Assembly (NCBI GenBank): GCA_038496445.1
Contig: JALMLS010000225.1
Location: forward strand, 1 to 64,000
Origin: Trichosphaerium sp. ATCC 40318
Taxonomy: Eukaryota; Protista; Tubulinea
Reading direction: 5' to 3'
DNA length: 64,000 bases
Of this stretch, positions 1 through 12,611 are shown piece by piece. Made by a program: the position numbers and the translations under genes. Every line of letters begins with the position of its first letter. Within the stretch, counting starts at the first letter, position 1. The notes beneath the pieces were generated by a model. The model was given only the letters and a program-made list of their open reading frames with translations, was not told the DNA's origin and searched no databases.

Positions 1-255
1 GCCATGTTTTAAATATTCGTTTACAACGTACAGCTTTTCTTCGTGTATAGGTATTAATTTTCTTTGCTGTTGATGTCTAATTGAAAAAAATGGCTCTCTA
101 GTCGTTTGAAATATGTCTTGAGTAACCGGTACAGATGGTGCGAACAGCTGGGGCTTAGGTTGAGTCCTTAATGCGCTTGCAATGATACTTTTTGGTGGAG
201 AGTCCCAAATAACGCGCCTATTGGCTTGTGGCGCTATAATAGGTTCTTTTTCCAT
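1..255 (-). CDS. 5' end of hypothetical protein running off the window start
   Basis: ATG at 255 (minus) opens a frame MEKEPIIAPQANRRVIWDSPPKS... with no stop before position 1; lies about 120 nt downstream of the esterase stop. No recognisable domain. Confidence 0.4.
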   Translation of the reverse strand, partial: MEKEPIIAPQANRRVIWDSPPKSIIASALRTQPKPQLFAPSVPVTQDIFQTTREPFFSIRHQQQRKLIPIHEEKLYVVNEYLKHG

Positions 256-376
256 TATACAATTGTGCTAATAGGGTCTTACAGCATCACAAAACAAAAA
301 ATCTTTCTGCGCAACAACTTAAACTAAACATTCGGTTAAGTATTTTATTATATTGATAAACTGCTTTTGTTCTTTT

Positions 377-2613
377 CTACAAGTGAGAGTCTCTGAATAG
401 AGGCGTCCAGTTTTCACAAACATCAAACCGTAATGCGTCTAGTGTTTGCATAGTGACTTTCGAGTCTAGTTGAAGGACATTACGCTCAGCAGCTGAATAT
501 TGTTCCCAAACAACTCCATCAGTTTTAGGTACTCCAGTACTCAAAGAACGCCATAAACTATTCATTGTAGTAGATAGTTTCTCATCCGCTTCAGCAAATG
601 TAACAGTTGTGACTCTATCAACACTTGTCCTGTGAAACACATATGGTACTATCAACAAGTGAGTCACACATGCAAAGAACTAAGAAGAAAAAAAATTGCG
701 TACACTCGCTGGCATGTGTTGCGTTTAGGAAAGCTATTGGAGAAGGTGGTGTACGAGTAAAGTGATAGCGATATACAGGGCTTAACTGGTTTTCAGCAAT
801 TACGTTTGCAACCAAGTGAGCGCCACATGCAATAGCGTAGTCACCAAAGATATCAGCAAAATTTATCCAGTAATCAGTATTGGTCGTGCCAGTCATCAAA
901 GGTTTATACCTAAAAATGACACGTGATTAATAAAGTATAAACAAACAACAAAAATCCTTGCAACAACTTACCACTGCTTAACCTTATCAGCAACACCGTA
1001 TATTGTGCCGAAAGTAGAGTCAATCAGACTGTTGTATTCAATATAATTCATTCCTAGTGGAAGAAGTTACAAAGAGTTAGAAAGAACAATTGACATTACG
1101 CACCTTGTTTTGGTGTGATTTTAAAAGCAATTTCGTAAAGGAATATATTTCCTTCGTCCTTGTTTGTTCCTATTATAAGAGGTACTCTAGAATAATCGCC
1201 CTTCATAAAAGTTTTGAGAGGTTGCTCAGGAAGCAACCAAGTTCCAACAGTTGGTGCCCATAATCCCTATAAATCTTGTCAACACTCTTTTAACAAAGTT
1301 TGTCGTACCACATCATCTTGAAGGGACATAGGATCAACCTTTTGTAGGCACCTGATACCATTAGTACTAATCAAACACGTTGGTATAAACGTACTCGAAT
1401 TGGTTCTGTGGGGAGCCAAAACATAAGTGAAGAGTAGAAAGTGCATCAGCTTGGTCCATCATAACATCATATGGTACCAAATACCACGGTCCAGGACTCT
1501 CTGCGATTACACTTTGATGCGTTAGTATTGAAAAATAGTGTTGGTTCCTTATACCCATTAAATTTTGTTTGCTGGAACAACATATGAAGCATGACACTTG
1601 ATCCACCAGCTGACTCTCCAAAAATAATTGTGCTATCTGGGTCTCCATTAAAGTAGTGGATATTCTCTTCTACCCAACGTAGGGCAAGAATTTGATCCTG
1701 GAGACCAGCATTTGAAGCTCCGATACTATTAGTATAATCGTTGGCAAAGAATCCAAACACGTTTAGGCGATACCTATCAAAAGGAAGTCAGCTCTGTAAT
1801 TTTGATACGATTTCGTAATTTTAATTTAAACGGAGAAATATCACGTGTTGTCAAACGTACTGTATTGTTACGTATATAGCGTTCTCGCGAACTGTTAGTT
1901 CATCTGCGGGAAATTGAGATGACCCACCACCACGTAAGCGCCACCATGTACTAAAAAGGTAAGGATGTGCTGATTAGGCAAAACAGACAAAATAGCTAAG
2001 AATTCTTACTGTAAACAAAAACATCAAATTTCTGGCCTTCTTCAGCGTCTACTGGAGTGAAAATGTTCAAGTATAGGCAATCTTCACTCAGGGTCATGTT
2101 GTGTTTGCGTTGGAAGGAAGGTAGCACTTGTACACACCAATTCTGAAAACTGTAACAACGAGTTATACTATGATGTAGGAAATGCTATGTACATACGTTT
2201 TAGCTGGTCTAGTGAATACCCAGCCATCATGACGCTCAGGAGAGCGAAAACGAAGATTCCCAACAGGTGCCTTTGCAAATGGTATTCCTATAGGTCGTCA
2301 GAGTGGTTGTGTGTATGCGTAGTACCATAAAAACCCCTGAATGCTTTGCCTTCGCTAGTTTGTCCTAAACAATTTCGATAAGAGAGTATTGAATGTTTGA
2401 CGCCAAATTATACGGTATGGGCGGGTATTGAAATCTGTTTGAGTTGAAATTCGAAATACTTTTCTGTTTGGTACAATTTGGTTTAAGCTGCGATTTCGTA
2501 CCTCTGAAGCCTTCTAGAGGACCTGAGTTAGTCCCAACATACAACGGCAAAGTCGCTGGAGTTACAAACTCCAAAAGTAAGCAAAACGCTACCAAGGCGA
2601 TCACTTGTCGCAT
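377..2613 (-). CDS. Secreted type-B carboxylesterase / cholinesterase-like alpha/beta hydrolase (multi-exon)
   Basis: Signal peptide MRQVIALVAFCLLL; GIPFAKAPVGNLRFRSP; SEDCLYLNIF; NAGLQDQILALRWV; nucleophile elbow FGESAGG; GTNKDEG (Glu); ATHASE (His). Confidence 0.92.
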
Positions 2614-2822
2614 GTTGTTGCTTTTTAATACCGTGTGCCTTTGTATTGTTTTGACTCTTTTAGACTGCGATGCTGTCGCCGTTATTGCTTTTGGGCTAGC
2701 TTATTCGTGCTGTACTATACGCCACGTGCTTTTTTGTATCGGAAAACAGGCCTACTTTGCTGTTTTGTTCAAAACAAAAATAAGTTAAATTTCGCAAACT
2801 TGTTTTTCACAACGCTAGAAGC

Positions 2823-4080
2823 ATGTCAACCCAGTGGCTGAACCTAGTGTTGGTATTCCTTCTAGGCATATTTTTGGGGTCGTTAGCAAACAGTGGCCCT
2901 GGACCTAATGATAAATACAACCTTGAAGATGTAGCACCCATGGTAAAGCCTTCAGTAGTAACAGTATTCGTTTGGAGCGTGAATGAGAAACTTATCTCAA
3001 GCGGAAGCGGTTTTTTTGTTCGCCCTGGCCTTGTCGCTACTACTAGACATACATTGGAGAAACCTGATGCGCACTATGTAACAATGGAAACAAACGACGA
3101 TGATGAAAAACAACGAAAGGTTTACATAGCAGATTCTGTAGTAGCAGACGATCGCATAAGCGATTTATTAATTTTGAAGGTGCGTAAATCAAATTAAACT
3201 AAAAGAAAATCTGGGTTCTATTTTACAACGCCGTTTGCGTCTACTAGCATATATAACGCTGTTAGAGGTGTCACAAAAATAATTACTGACCGTTCATACA
3301 ATAGGTTTCACCATCAGAGAACCCAAACCAACAGTTTGTTGTACTGAACGATAATTTCAGTCTCGGCGAAGATATTTTCTCGATAGCGAGCCCACACGGG
3401 TTCATGGGTGTTATTTCAAGAGGTACAATTATTTCCGTTTGTCCCGTACTAACTAGGCTCGCAGGAATAATATCAGGATGGCGTTTCAAGCAAGTGCCAG
3501 ATTTTTGTTACACAATTGATGCTTCAGTATCCTATGGCTCTTCTGGTGCACCTGTATTTAATTACAAGGTACGAAGTCACGAGGTTCCCCGTCGGTTGAC
3601 TCAAAAACCCCAAAAACCAAAAAAAATACGACCACTGTGACATCTCTACAAAACCCGTTTCGACTTTGTTGTATGTTCCCCTAACATTTTATTATAAAGG
3701 GTGAAGCTATTGGTATGATATCTGGATTTATTACAAACCAGGAGGATAGACACGTTAACAATCTAAACTTTGTTATTTCTGCCAGCAGGTATTTTTTTGT
3801 TATGTCTTATTTTATGGTTTTTTCGATTGTGTCTGTAGCCTTTAGGCTACTCCTACCATCTATTGTCTTGTGCCATTATTGGTAGACGTTTAGAGCTAAT
3901 TGAGGGCTTAGAATTGCTCGCGTCATGTCTACAATGGAAGAGGATTTGGATGAATCTGAGAATGAAACATGCTCCAGAATCGCTATTGACCAATGGGTTG
4001 ATTATAATGTACCAAAGAATCTTGGTATTATTGAGCGTATATTCTCTGGTGCGTTTGATGATAATTTATTCACTTTCTAA
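2823..4080 (+). CDS. Trypsin-like (Trypsin_2/HtrA-type) serine protease with N-terminal hydrophobic anchor (multi-exon)
   Basis: VKPSVVTV...SGSGFFV...ATTRH (His), DLLILK (Asp), IDASVSYGSSGAPVFN (Ser), GEAIGMIS...LNFVIS; last exon inferred to end at TAA 4078-4080. Confidence 0.8.
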
Positions 4081-4470
4081 ACTCACAACATACTTCTTTG
4101 AATGAAGCTAACTGTTATTTTTAATTAGGCATGAGAAATCTCACACGTCACGTGTGGGGTGATGTAGGTTCAGATCTTTTTGCACCTGATCCACTTCAAC
4201 AGTTTGGTATCAGTAGGAGTATGTTTCATGATACTGCAATTAATACATTTGCGGATAATTATTCAATCAGGAACTCTGATACTCAAAACGAAAACATTGA
4301 CTTGTGAATTTATGAATAGTACTCTCACTATCTTCGTTGTACATATAAAACCCCTTGTAACACTACCCACGTTATTGTACTCTATCTTGAGTGTTTCTAG
4401 AAGTCTTTCAGACGATTCAGTGTTTTCTTCCGTTGACTTTGTTTGTAACACTCCGGTTTACTATTAAACG

Positions 4471-7065
4471 ATGTTACGCTGCGTTAACAGACTCTCTTGC
4501 GTTAATACGCGCTCGTACGATAACCGTTCTATTAAAACGTTATCGCGCTCTGCCACAACATATGAAAAGCTGTTAGGAGGGCAATCTGAGGTAAGTAGGC
4601 CAATGTTTAACTATTTCAGTTTAACTTATCTACCCAGTTACCCAGACTGCCTCTACCAAAGCTAGAAGATACACTTGAGCGATATCAGCAGTTTGCTAAA
4701 CCGATTTTAAACGATGAAGAGTATACTCAACTTCAAAGTGATATTAAAGACTTCGTCGCCAATGGTACGCTAAATTAAGCATCGGAGAATGCCTAACTTT
4801 AATTTAGGCCAAGATCTCCAAGAAGATTTAGTAACACTCGATAAACAGACCCCACACTCTAGTTGGATACAAGGATTTTGGACTACAATGTATTTAGAGG
4901 ACAGGTAAGAAAAAAACGTTCATGAGTCTTCTTTTCGGTTGGGAAATTTGCCTGTCCCAACGCAAGCTTTATTTACAGCGTAAAAGATGCTTCCTTTGCG
5001 CGTTAAACTATTTTGACATGTTATTTTCTAATTTTGTTTTTAAGATACCAGACGCCTATCTATAGCTCTCCTTTCTTTGTGTTTTCTGAAGACCCTGTTA
5101 CATCGAGTCTTGGTAAAGATCAAGATCCTCAATTACACAGAGCAGCTCGTCTGGCTAAGGCTAGTGCAGACTGGGCTGAGAAATTGTTTAGTGACCAAAT
5201 GCCACGTGAAGTTGTAAAGGTATGGCATCTAAAGTTTATAAAAGTTATGCATGCTGAAGAGGTATTAGGGTACTCCACTGTGTATGTCTCAAGTTCCAAA
5301 AGTGCTTGGGTGTCGTATACCAGGAGCACCACGTGATCAACATATTTCAAACACGTCAACTCATGTGATGGTTTATGTCAGCGGATCACCTTTTTCGGTG
5401 CGTTCAAAAGCGACTTCTAAAAAAGGTAAGGTAGAAACTGAGCGTTTTTTTCTAGCTTCAAATTCTTGATGGCAACTACAAAGCTCGATCTCTTGAAGAT
5501 ATATACAGTGACCTAGCATGGATTAGAACCGAAGGAATACATAAAGCTTCTAGCTTAAATGCTAGGTATGACCCAGGTGTATTATCCGCCCTTCCTCGTG
5601 CGGACTGGGCAAAATATAGGCAATCGTTGCTGACAACAAATAAGGACGTCTTCGACCAGATAGAGGTAACTAACCCGTGTTTTTTTTTCCTTCAAATTTT
5701 CCAGTCTTTGTTTGCTCTTTTTGGTGTCCTTGTTTTTGTTCGGTTTTGTTACTTATGATGTTGTATTTTTAGAGTTCTTTGTTTGGATTATGTCTTGATG
5801 ATACAATGCCTGCTAATAAAGAAGAAGAATCACGTTCATATTTTCATGGAAATGGATATAATAGAAACTTTGATCATACTATTCAATTCATTGTTAACCG
5901 AGATGGATCATCAGGAGTGAATATGGAGCATTCTAGTATAGATGGACATACAGCAATGGGTTTCTCAGAAGCTGCGCATGTAGGCGCTGTAGCCATTGGA
6001 GTAAGTGTTTTGATTTTATTCTTTGTTTTAGTTGTTGCGATACGCTCTGGTCTAACTACGCTCTTAGGGTGTACCCTTGACAGGTAAAATTTCTGGTGAA
6101 GGGTCTTCCACTGCAAATGGATACGATTGGAAGTTAGATGGAGAACAAAAGGCATTTATACATGATGCAAGAGCAGAGTTTTACAAGTTTAGTAGTGGAG
6201 CGAATGCCCGCGTTTTGAACTTTGATGATTTCGGTAAGAAGCATATCACAAAGGAGCTTGGTCTTAGCCCAGACAGTTTTGTGCAAGTACGTTATCTTTT
6301 ATAACTGAATTTTTACTTCAATCTTTATTTTGAGCCTTGTAATGTCGTCAGACGGAGAAACACTCCGTCAAGGCGTTTGCTAGATGTTTCTGTTTTTTTT
6401 TCTGGTTGTTTACTTGTCTTGTTAGGCTGCCATACAGCTTGCTAATTACAGGCTAAGAAATGCTCATGTATCTACTTATGAAAGCAGTATGACAAAGCAT
6501 TTCTTACATGGTCGTACAGAGACTGTAAGATCAGCTACTCCAGAGACAGTAGCTCTTTGTGAACTTTTTGATAAAAAAGGAGTTCCACCACAAGAAATAG
6601 TTGAAGCAATAAAGAAAGGTACGCCTTTCATTATGGAGACTACGCTCAATACCCCTACTGACATTCTTACCTTTCTTAGCTACGATTGCTCACTCTCAAG
6701 TGAACAAATTGACAAAAGAAGGATGTGGTGTTGATCGTCACTTACAAGGTCTTCGTTGGTTAGCATTACAAAGAAGTCAAAGAATAGAAGGATATAAACT
6801 ACCTTCTTTGTTTACATCACCTATATACACAAAATATATGGGTAATATGTTATCTACATCAAACTGTCCTTCTGATGCTGTTGATATCTTCGGATTTGGA
6901 CCTGTAAATGCTGATGGACTTGGTATTGGTTACATGGTTAAGAATGATTCTATTCCTGGTTATATCACTTCTTTTGATGGTGCTTCTGTTGATTGTCATA
7001 GATTTACTGTAGGTTTAAAGAAAGCACTTCAAGATATTTCTTCTGTAATCAAAAACAACAAGTAA
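4471..7065 (+). CDS. Choline/carnitine O-acyltransferase (CPT2/CrAT-like), probably mitochondrial (multi-exon)
   Basis: Arg/Ser-rich transit-like N-terminus; LPRLPLPKLEDTLERY; catalytic EHSSIDG; SPDSFVQ; TYES.MTKHFLHGRTETVRS; GCGVDRHL; LSTS; GFGPVNADGLGIGY. Confidence 0.93.
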
Positions 7066-7140
7066 CATGTTGTGTAAACAGCAAATAAAGTGTATTTCTT
7101 TCATGTAATTTTCGTTTTATGTCAAAGCGAGCCATGTCAC

Positions 7141-7445
7141 TTATGTTTCTTGTAGCAATTCTTCAATCATATCGCTTTTTGTTCCAACCTTGTCCGGTGC
7201 TGTTCTTTCTACATCATGCAGCCACGCTTTTACATTTTCAAAAGAATATTGGTTTGTAGTGTCATACATTACCAAGGCACCGTGAACACGTCGATAGTTA
7301 CCTCTATAATGACCTGTTCTGAATCTTTCTTGACCTAAAACACGTTAAATCAATGCTTTTCAAAAACTGTTCCTTACCTGCGTGTATCCCAAATTAGTAA
7401 TTTAACATGGTTGTCATACGTGGATAGTTTTTGTATTCTACAATA
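7141..7445 (-). pseudogene. Rab/Ras-family small GTPase remnant
   Basis: Minus strand reads VKLLIWDT, then a 1-nt frameshift, an intron, and GQERFRT...VHGALVMYDTTNQYSFENVKAWLHDV...VGTKSD followed by an early stop. No P-loop exon found. Confidence 0.75.
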
Positions 7446-7629
7446 TTGCAAAAAACCAAAAGGTCAGGAGCTTTTTGGACAAACTTTGCTTGCCAACAAA
7501 CAAATTGTAACTGTTGCTTTTTGATACCGTACTTTTTTTCGTTGCAAGAAAAAGGTATGTCACTGAGACTTAACCATACTTAATGACTTGACTTCTAAAA
7601 TTGTATCTCTTAACCAATCGCATCAAATA

Positions 7630-9152
7630 ATGGGTTTACCAGGTGTTTCAGTCGAACAAGTAATCACGTACTATTGTGATAGCCACAAGGAAGAGTTTAG
7701 CAAAATCGTTGTAAAAGAACGTGAAGTGTTCATAAATCAAGTTGAAAGTATCTTAAACGTTGCAAACAAGACACTTTTACAACAATTAGACCACTTTCTC
7801 CTTAAACGCTGTCATACAACCGATGATACAACCAAGCAGCTCGCAATACACTCTAAAGACACAAATTTGGCCAATACGCAAACCTTGGACTCGGACACGA
7901 AGATACCGAAACACAAACAAACAAGACAGTAAGAGAGTCATATTTTTCTTCAAACAGATTCTGTACTAACAATTGGTAATTGAACAGGAAACAACCAAGT
8001 CCATACAAAGTAGAGAACATTCTCAATTTCCCTCCAGAGGTTATATCGACGATTATCCGACATACTGAAGCCAAAACAAGATTCGCTGTTGCTCAGTCAT
8101 GTCATCTAATGGCTGATGTCATCCATCATGTTGTTGGATACAAAAAGGTGTTTGTTTCTTCAATTCCAGATATTCTAAAGATCAGACAGTACAGCGGTGT
8201 GATGAATAACAGCATTATCACAATGAATGTTGAAAACAACACTTTGTTTTCGTTGTTGGCTGGATGTCGATACATTGATACTTCGTTCAAAAGAACCTCA
8301 AAGGAACATAGAAAAAGTGGTGCTATCAATGATAATGATCTGAAAGCACTCTCAGGAGTACACTATATTTGTCTTTATAGCTGCAAACACGTGACAGATG
8401 AAGGTATCAAGTTACTTGCAGGTGTTCATACGATTGATCTGCTTGGAACTTCAGTGACGGATGATGGAATCAAAGCACTTGCAGGTGTTCACACCATTGA
8501 TATTGCATATTGTGCCAATGTGACGGATGAAGGAATCAAGGCATTAAAGGGAGTACATGCCATCAACCTTATTCGTACCTCAGTGACAGATGAAGGTATT
8601 AAAGCACTCGCAGGAGTTCACACCATTCGTCTTAATAGGTGTGCAATATCAGATGATGGTATTTCAGCGTTATCAGGTGTTCACACTATTTTTCTTTATG
8701 AGACTCCAGTTACTGATAAAGGTATCAAAGCACTATCAGGTGTTCATACTATTCATCTTGGAGGTACTTCAGTGACGGATGAAGGTATCAAAGCGCTCAA
8801 AGGAGTTCATACAATCGACCTTTCTCGTACTGTGGTCACTGATGAAGGTATTAAAGCACTTGCAGGTGTCCATGCCATCAATCTTGATAGTACTTCAGTG
8901 ACAGATGAAGGTGTTAGAGCCTTATCAGGTGTCCATACAATTGGCCTTGGTAACTGTGATCAAATTACAGATGAAGCTGTTCGATCATTAAAAGGACTGT
9001 ACGCTGTTTCACAATCTGTTATTAATCATAAGCATCGTGAGTTGGGAGATGCAAAAGGTGTTTATTTGATGAATTATTTTATTGAATATTCTTTGGGACA
9101 GCCAGATCTCACCGTACATAGCAAATTTCATAGGACTGTACGCATTTACTGA
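7630..9152 (+). CDS. F-box-like protein with about 10 22-aa leucine-rich repeats (2 exons: 7630-7928, 7988-9152)
   Basis: Intron 7929-7987 (GTAAGA...TACTAAC...AACAG) joins track ORFs 7588 and 7980 in frame; F-box-like ILNFPPEVISTIIRH; repeat consensus LAGVHxIxLxxTSVTDEGIKA. Confidence 0.85.
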
Positions 9153-9276
9153 ATCAAGGTTACAAGTATCTCTTCCAAAACCCCGTAGAAATATGATAGA
9201 CCTAAAAATCGTATGTAAGCCCAAGACCAAGTAAAATTGTTAACGGTTTTATTTAACCAACTCTACCATATGGCTG

Positions 9277-9575
9277 TTACTTATTTTCTCAGGTAGGTTT
9301 CCATCCATATTTCTTCTTTGCAGGTAGTATTCGTTCCAAGGACCAGCACCACACGAATTGTCCTCAACACGAATTATCGTCAATAAGAAAAACTCCTATA
9401 CTATGAACAAGATACCACCTAATCTCCACTATTGTACTCAAGACACATGAGTTATGTCAAGTGAGTATTGATAAGCAAGCGCCAGGGTAGTGTTGTTTAT
9501 TACTAGCTGTCGCATTTCAAACACGTGTTTGAGAACACAGAGCTGTGTAGCACAAAAAGTTGTTTCGCGGAATCA
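9277..9575 (-). pseudogene. Inverted, internally deleted copy of the 16973-17848 gene (upstream region fused to 3' end)
   Basis: Reverse complement of 9277-9453 matches 17673-17861 (CLEY...RWYLVHS...DNSCGAGPWNEYYL...GWKPT*); reverse complement of 9455-9575 matches about 16790-16950. Confidence 0.85.
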
Positions 9576-9764
9576 GTAAGCCACTGCATTTACAGCGCCC
9601 CACTTGAAGAGTTCCGCAGCCAAATAATCACAAGTGGGTTGACAAGGTGATAACCCAAGTTTCATTTTTGTGTTGTTGCAAGAAACGTCCGTCACTGAGA
9701 CTTAACCATACTTAATGATGACTTGACTTCTAAAATTGTAACTCTTAACCAATCGCATCAAATA

Positions 9765-10739
9765 ATGGGTTTACCAGGTGTTTCACACAAGTCATCACGT
9801 ATTATTGTGATAACCACACAAACCTTGGACTCGGACATGAAGATACCGAAACACAAACAAACAAGACAGTAAGAGAGTCATATTTTTCTTCAAACAGATT
9901 CTGTACTAACAATTGGTAATTGAACAGGAAACAACCAAGTCCATACAAAGTAGAGAACATTCTCAATTTTCCTCCAGAGGTTATAGCCACTATTGTAAGG
10001 TACACAGAAGCGAAGACAAGGTTCGGTATTGCTCAGTCACGTCATCTATTGGCTGATATCATCCATCATGTTGTTGGATACAAAAGGGTTTTTATTTCTT
10101 CAATTCTAGATATTTTAAAGATCAGATAGTACAACGGTGTGATGAATGTTGAAAACAACACTTTATTTTCGTTGTTGGCTGGATGTCGGTACATCAAAAG
10201 AACTTCAAGAGAACATAGAAAAAGTGGTGTTATTAATGATAATGATCTTAAAGCACTTGCTGGTGTGCACTATATTTGTCTTGATCGTTGTAAAAATGTG
10301 ACAGATAAAGGCATAAAGTCACTTGCAGGTGTTCACACAATTGATCTGCTTGGAACTGCAGTGACGGATGATGGAATCAAAGCACTTGCAGGTGTTCACA
10401 CCATTGACGTTTCTCATACTATAGTCACCGATGAAGGTATTAAAGCACTTGCAGGTATCCATGCTATCAACCTTTATTCTACTTCAGTGACAGATGAAGG
10501 TGTTAGAGCATTATCAGGTGTTCACAATTGGTCTTGGTAACTGTGATCAAATTACAGATGAAGCTGTTCAATCATTAAAAGGCCTGTATGCTGTTTTACA
10601 ATCTACTGATAATCCCGAGCGTCGTGAAGCAGGCGATGCGAAAATTGTTTATTTACATATTAATTTTATTGAATATTCTTTGGGACAGCCAGATCCCACT
10701 GTACATAGTGTATTCAATAGCACTGTGCGCATTTACTAA
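9765..10739 (+). pseudogene. Degenerate tandem duplicate of the 7630-9152 F-box/LRR gene
   Basis: Near-identical upstream sequence, intron and exon 2 start; large deletion in exon 1; CAG to TAG at 10127-10129; about 5 repeats instead of about 10; 2-nt frameshift near 10522. Confidence 0.88.
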
Positions 10740-10979
10740 AAACAAAACTTTACTGTTGCTTCCACATTTAGCATCTGTTTGCTTGTCAATAAACATGCTT
10801 TGACTGCTAGTTATGCAACTGTGGTTATCTCTTTCTGGAATATACAGCAACAAATACACTGTGCCAAAATCCACTATATTTTTGCTAAGTGAGCGATTCC
10901 CTTCGGTGGAAGTAACATTCTAAGTGGGAATAAAAGAAAAACTAGAAAATACCCCAGTCATTTATTTGCTGGTTTATTT

Positions 10980-12132
10980 TTAAATAATTTCATCTCCATC
11001 AAGCTTACCATTTACATAATAGGACTCCTCAATTTTATCACGCATGAGCTATGTGATGTTAACCAATTAAAGGTTCTCTACTATCAAAGTTTATACCTAT
11101 TGAGATGGATAGTTAAATAGATATGAACGTCATTGTCAATAACAACGACACTTGGACATTCGATCTTTTGTGGCTCTAGCTAGCCACGACTGATTTTATT
11201 CTAACAAGTGAAATATCAAATGTTTGTCGCTTCTGCCATTTAGTCCTCGATGTTGACCATCTCGTTCAGGATCCAACAGACGCTGGAAACGTTTCTACAT
11301 GTTCATTTAAAACTTTGTTATTTTCAAGAGCTGAAGCTCGTAGTATGCAGTCTGTTTAATTCCGTTGTCTTCCACGCTTGTCGAGGATAGAATAAGTCTG
11401 CTGGGCATAGATGCCTTTTATCACAGTTTTTGTACTATTACGTAAATATGCCTTTAGTGCTAAATGTGTGAAACATTACCAAGGTTTTAACCAGCAATAA
11501 AAGCGTCTCATAACTTAAAGCAGTCAAACCTGCAAGGTGGAAGTACAATTTTGATTTTTTGATATTTGTGGATGTTGGCTTTGAGACGTTTTTACTCACT
11601 CAAGAACCATCATACACTTAAGTTGCTAGATGCTCCATGTATATATATACATGCTATACTTATTTTTTGTACTCACACCCTTAAAAAGACAACGGTACTA
11701 TTATGTCTTTTTTGCAAAACTTCTCGTATAGGCCGTTGAGTTTAGAGCCTTGCATTAGCGCTTTTTTAACAACGTTGTCCTTGCTATTGTATTGTTTACC
11801 TCTTCCAGGACTCTGTGCTGTTTCCAAGTGCCTTGTTTCAACATGTCAACATTAAATCTATCTGTTCTTTTTGACAACAATGGCATTTTTTGATACACTT
11901 CGAAGTCTAAATCCATAATATCGAGCTGTAGCTCGATTGGAAGCTCTACCAAAGTGGGAGCGAATACTGTAATCGAGGAGTGCAATAATCCATGCCTCCA
12001 AACCTCCCGTTTTACTACAATGTAGTGATTGGTTGTAGGATCAATCTGCATCACTCTAAATTGGACCCACTCCCCGTCTTTCCTCAGCTTGTAATCGAAC
12101 CTTGTTGCCATGGCTGCAGCTTTAGACAGCAC
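10980..12132 (-). pseudogene. Decayed F-box-like / MORN-variant repeat gene
   Basis: F-box-like LVELPIELQLDIMDLDFEVYQKMPLLSK then KQGTWK; downstream out-of-frame MORN-like fragments GSKLNGLYEKF (~11720) and KIEESYYVNGKLDGDEII* (10980-11036); same layout as the 61241-62161 gene. Confidence 0.55.
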
Positions 12133-12611
12133 TTGAGAGAAATCTCCGCATCGAAATCGATCATTTTTTGTAGCACGTTTGGTGGAAATCCCATCAACTG
12201 TGGTGCCTGTCGGTGCTCAGTAGTTGCTTTTTTAGCCTATTTACCGTTGATTAGAACAAAACAAACCCGTTTGAAAGCTGAGAGAGTATTTTAGCGTACG
12301 ATAATCCTTTTTGAAGCCATATGTGTTTGCAAGGCGTCTTTGAAGATTTCAAGACGTGTTGCAACAGTAGAAGGTAAAGTAAAATTATGAAACTAATCAA
12401 GCTATCAATCACATTAATTCTTTTAACAATCAGGAACAGCTTTGACTGGTTATTGAAGTCGGCTAGAAATCCGAATCTCTCGAAGACTTCTGTTGTCTTA
12501 CACTCTTTACTCTTTTGGGCTTACGAAAATAAGTCTTTGGCGAAAACATTAACCAAATTCACAAAAAGTCGCTTCCCGCAATTTACTGCGTAGCTTCGTA
12601 CAACACCTACA

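Noticed and set aside
140-210. GGGGCTTA and GAGAGTCCC motifs resembling RNase MRP conserved regions
   Set aside because: Wrong order and spacing, and they lie on the antisense of an open reading frame.
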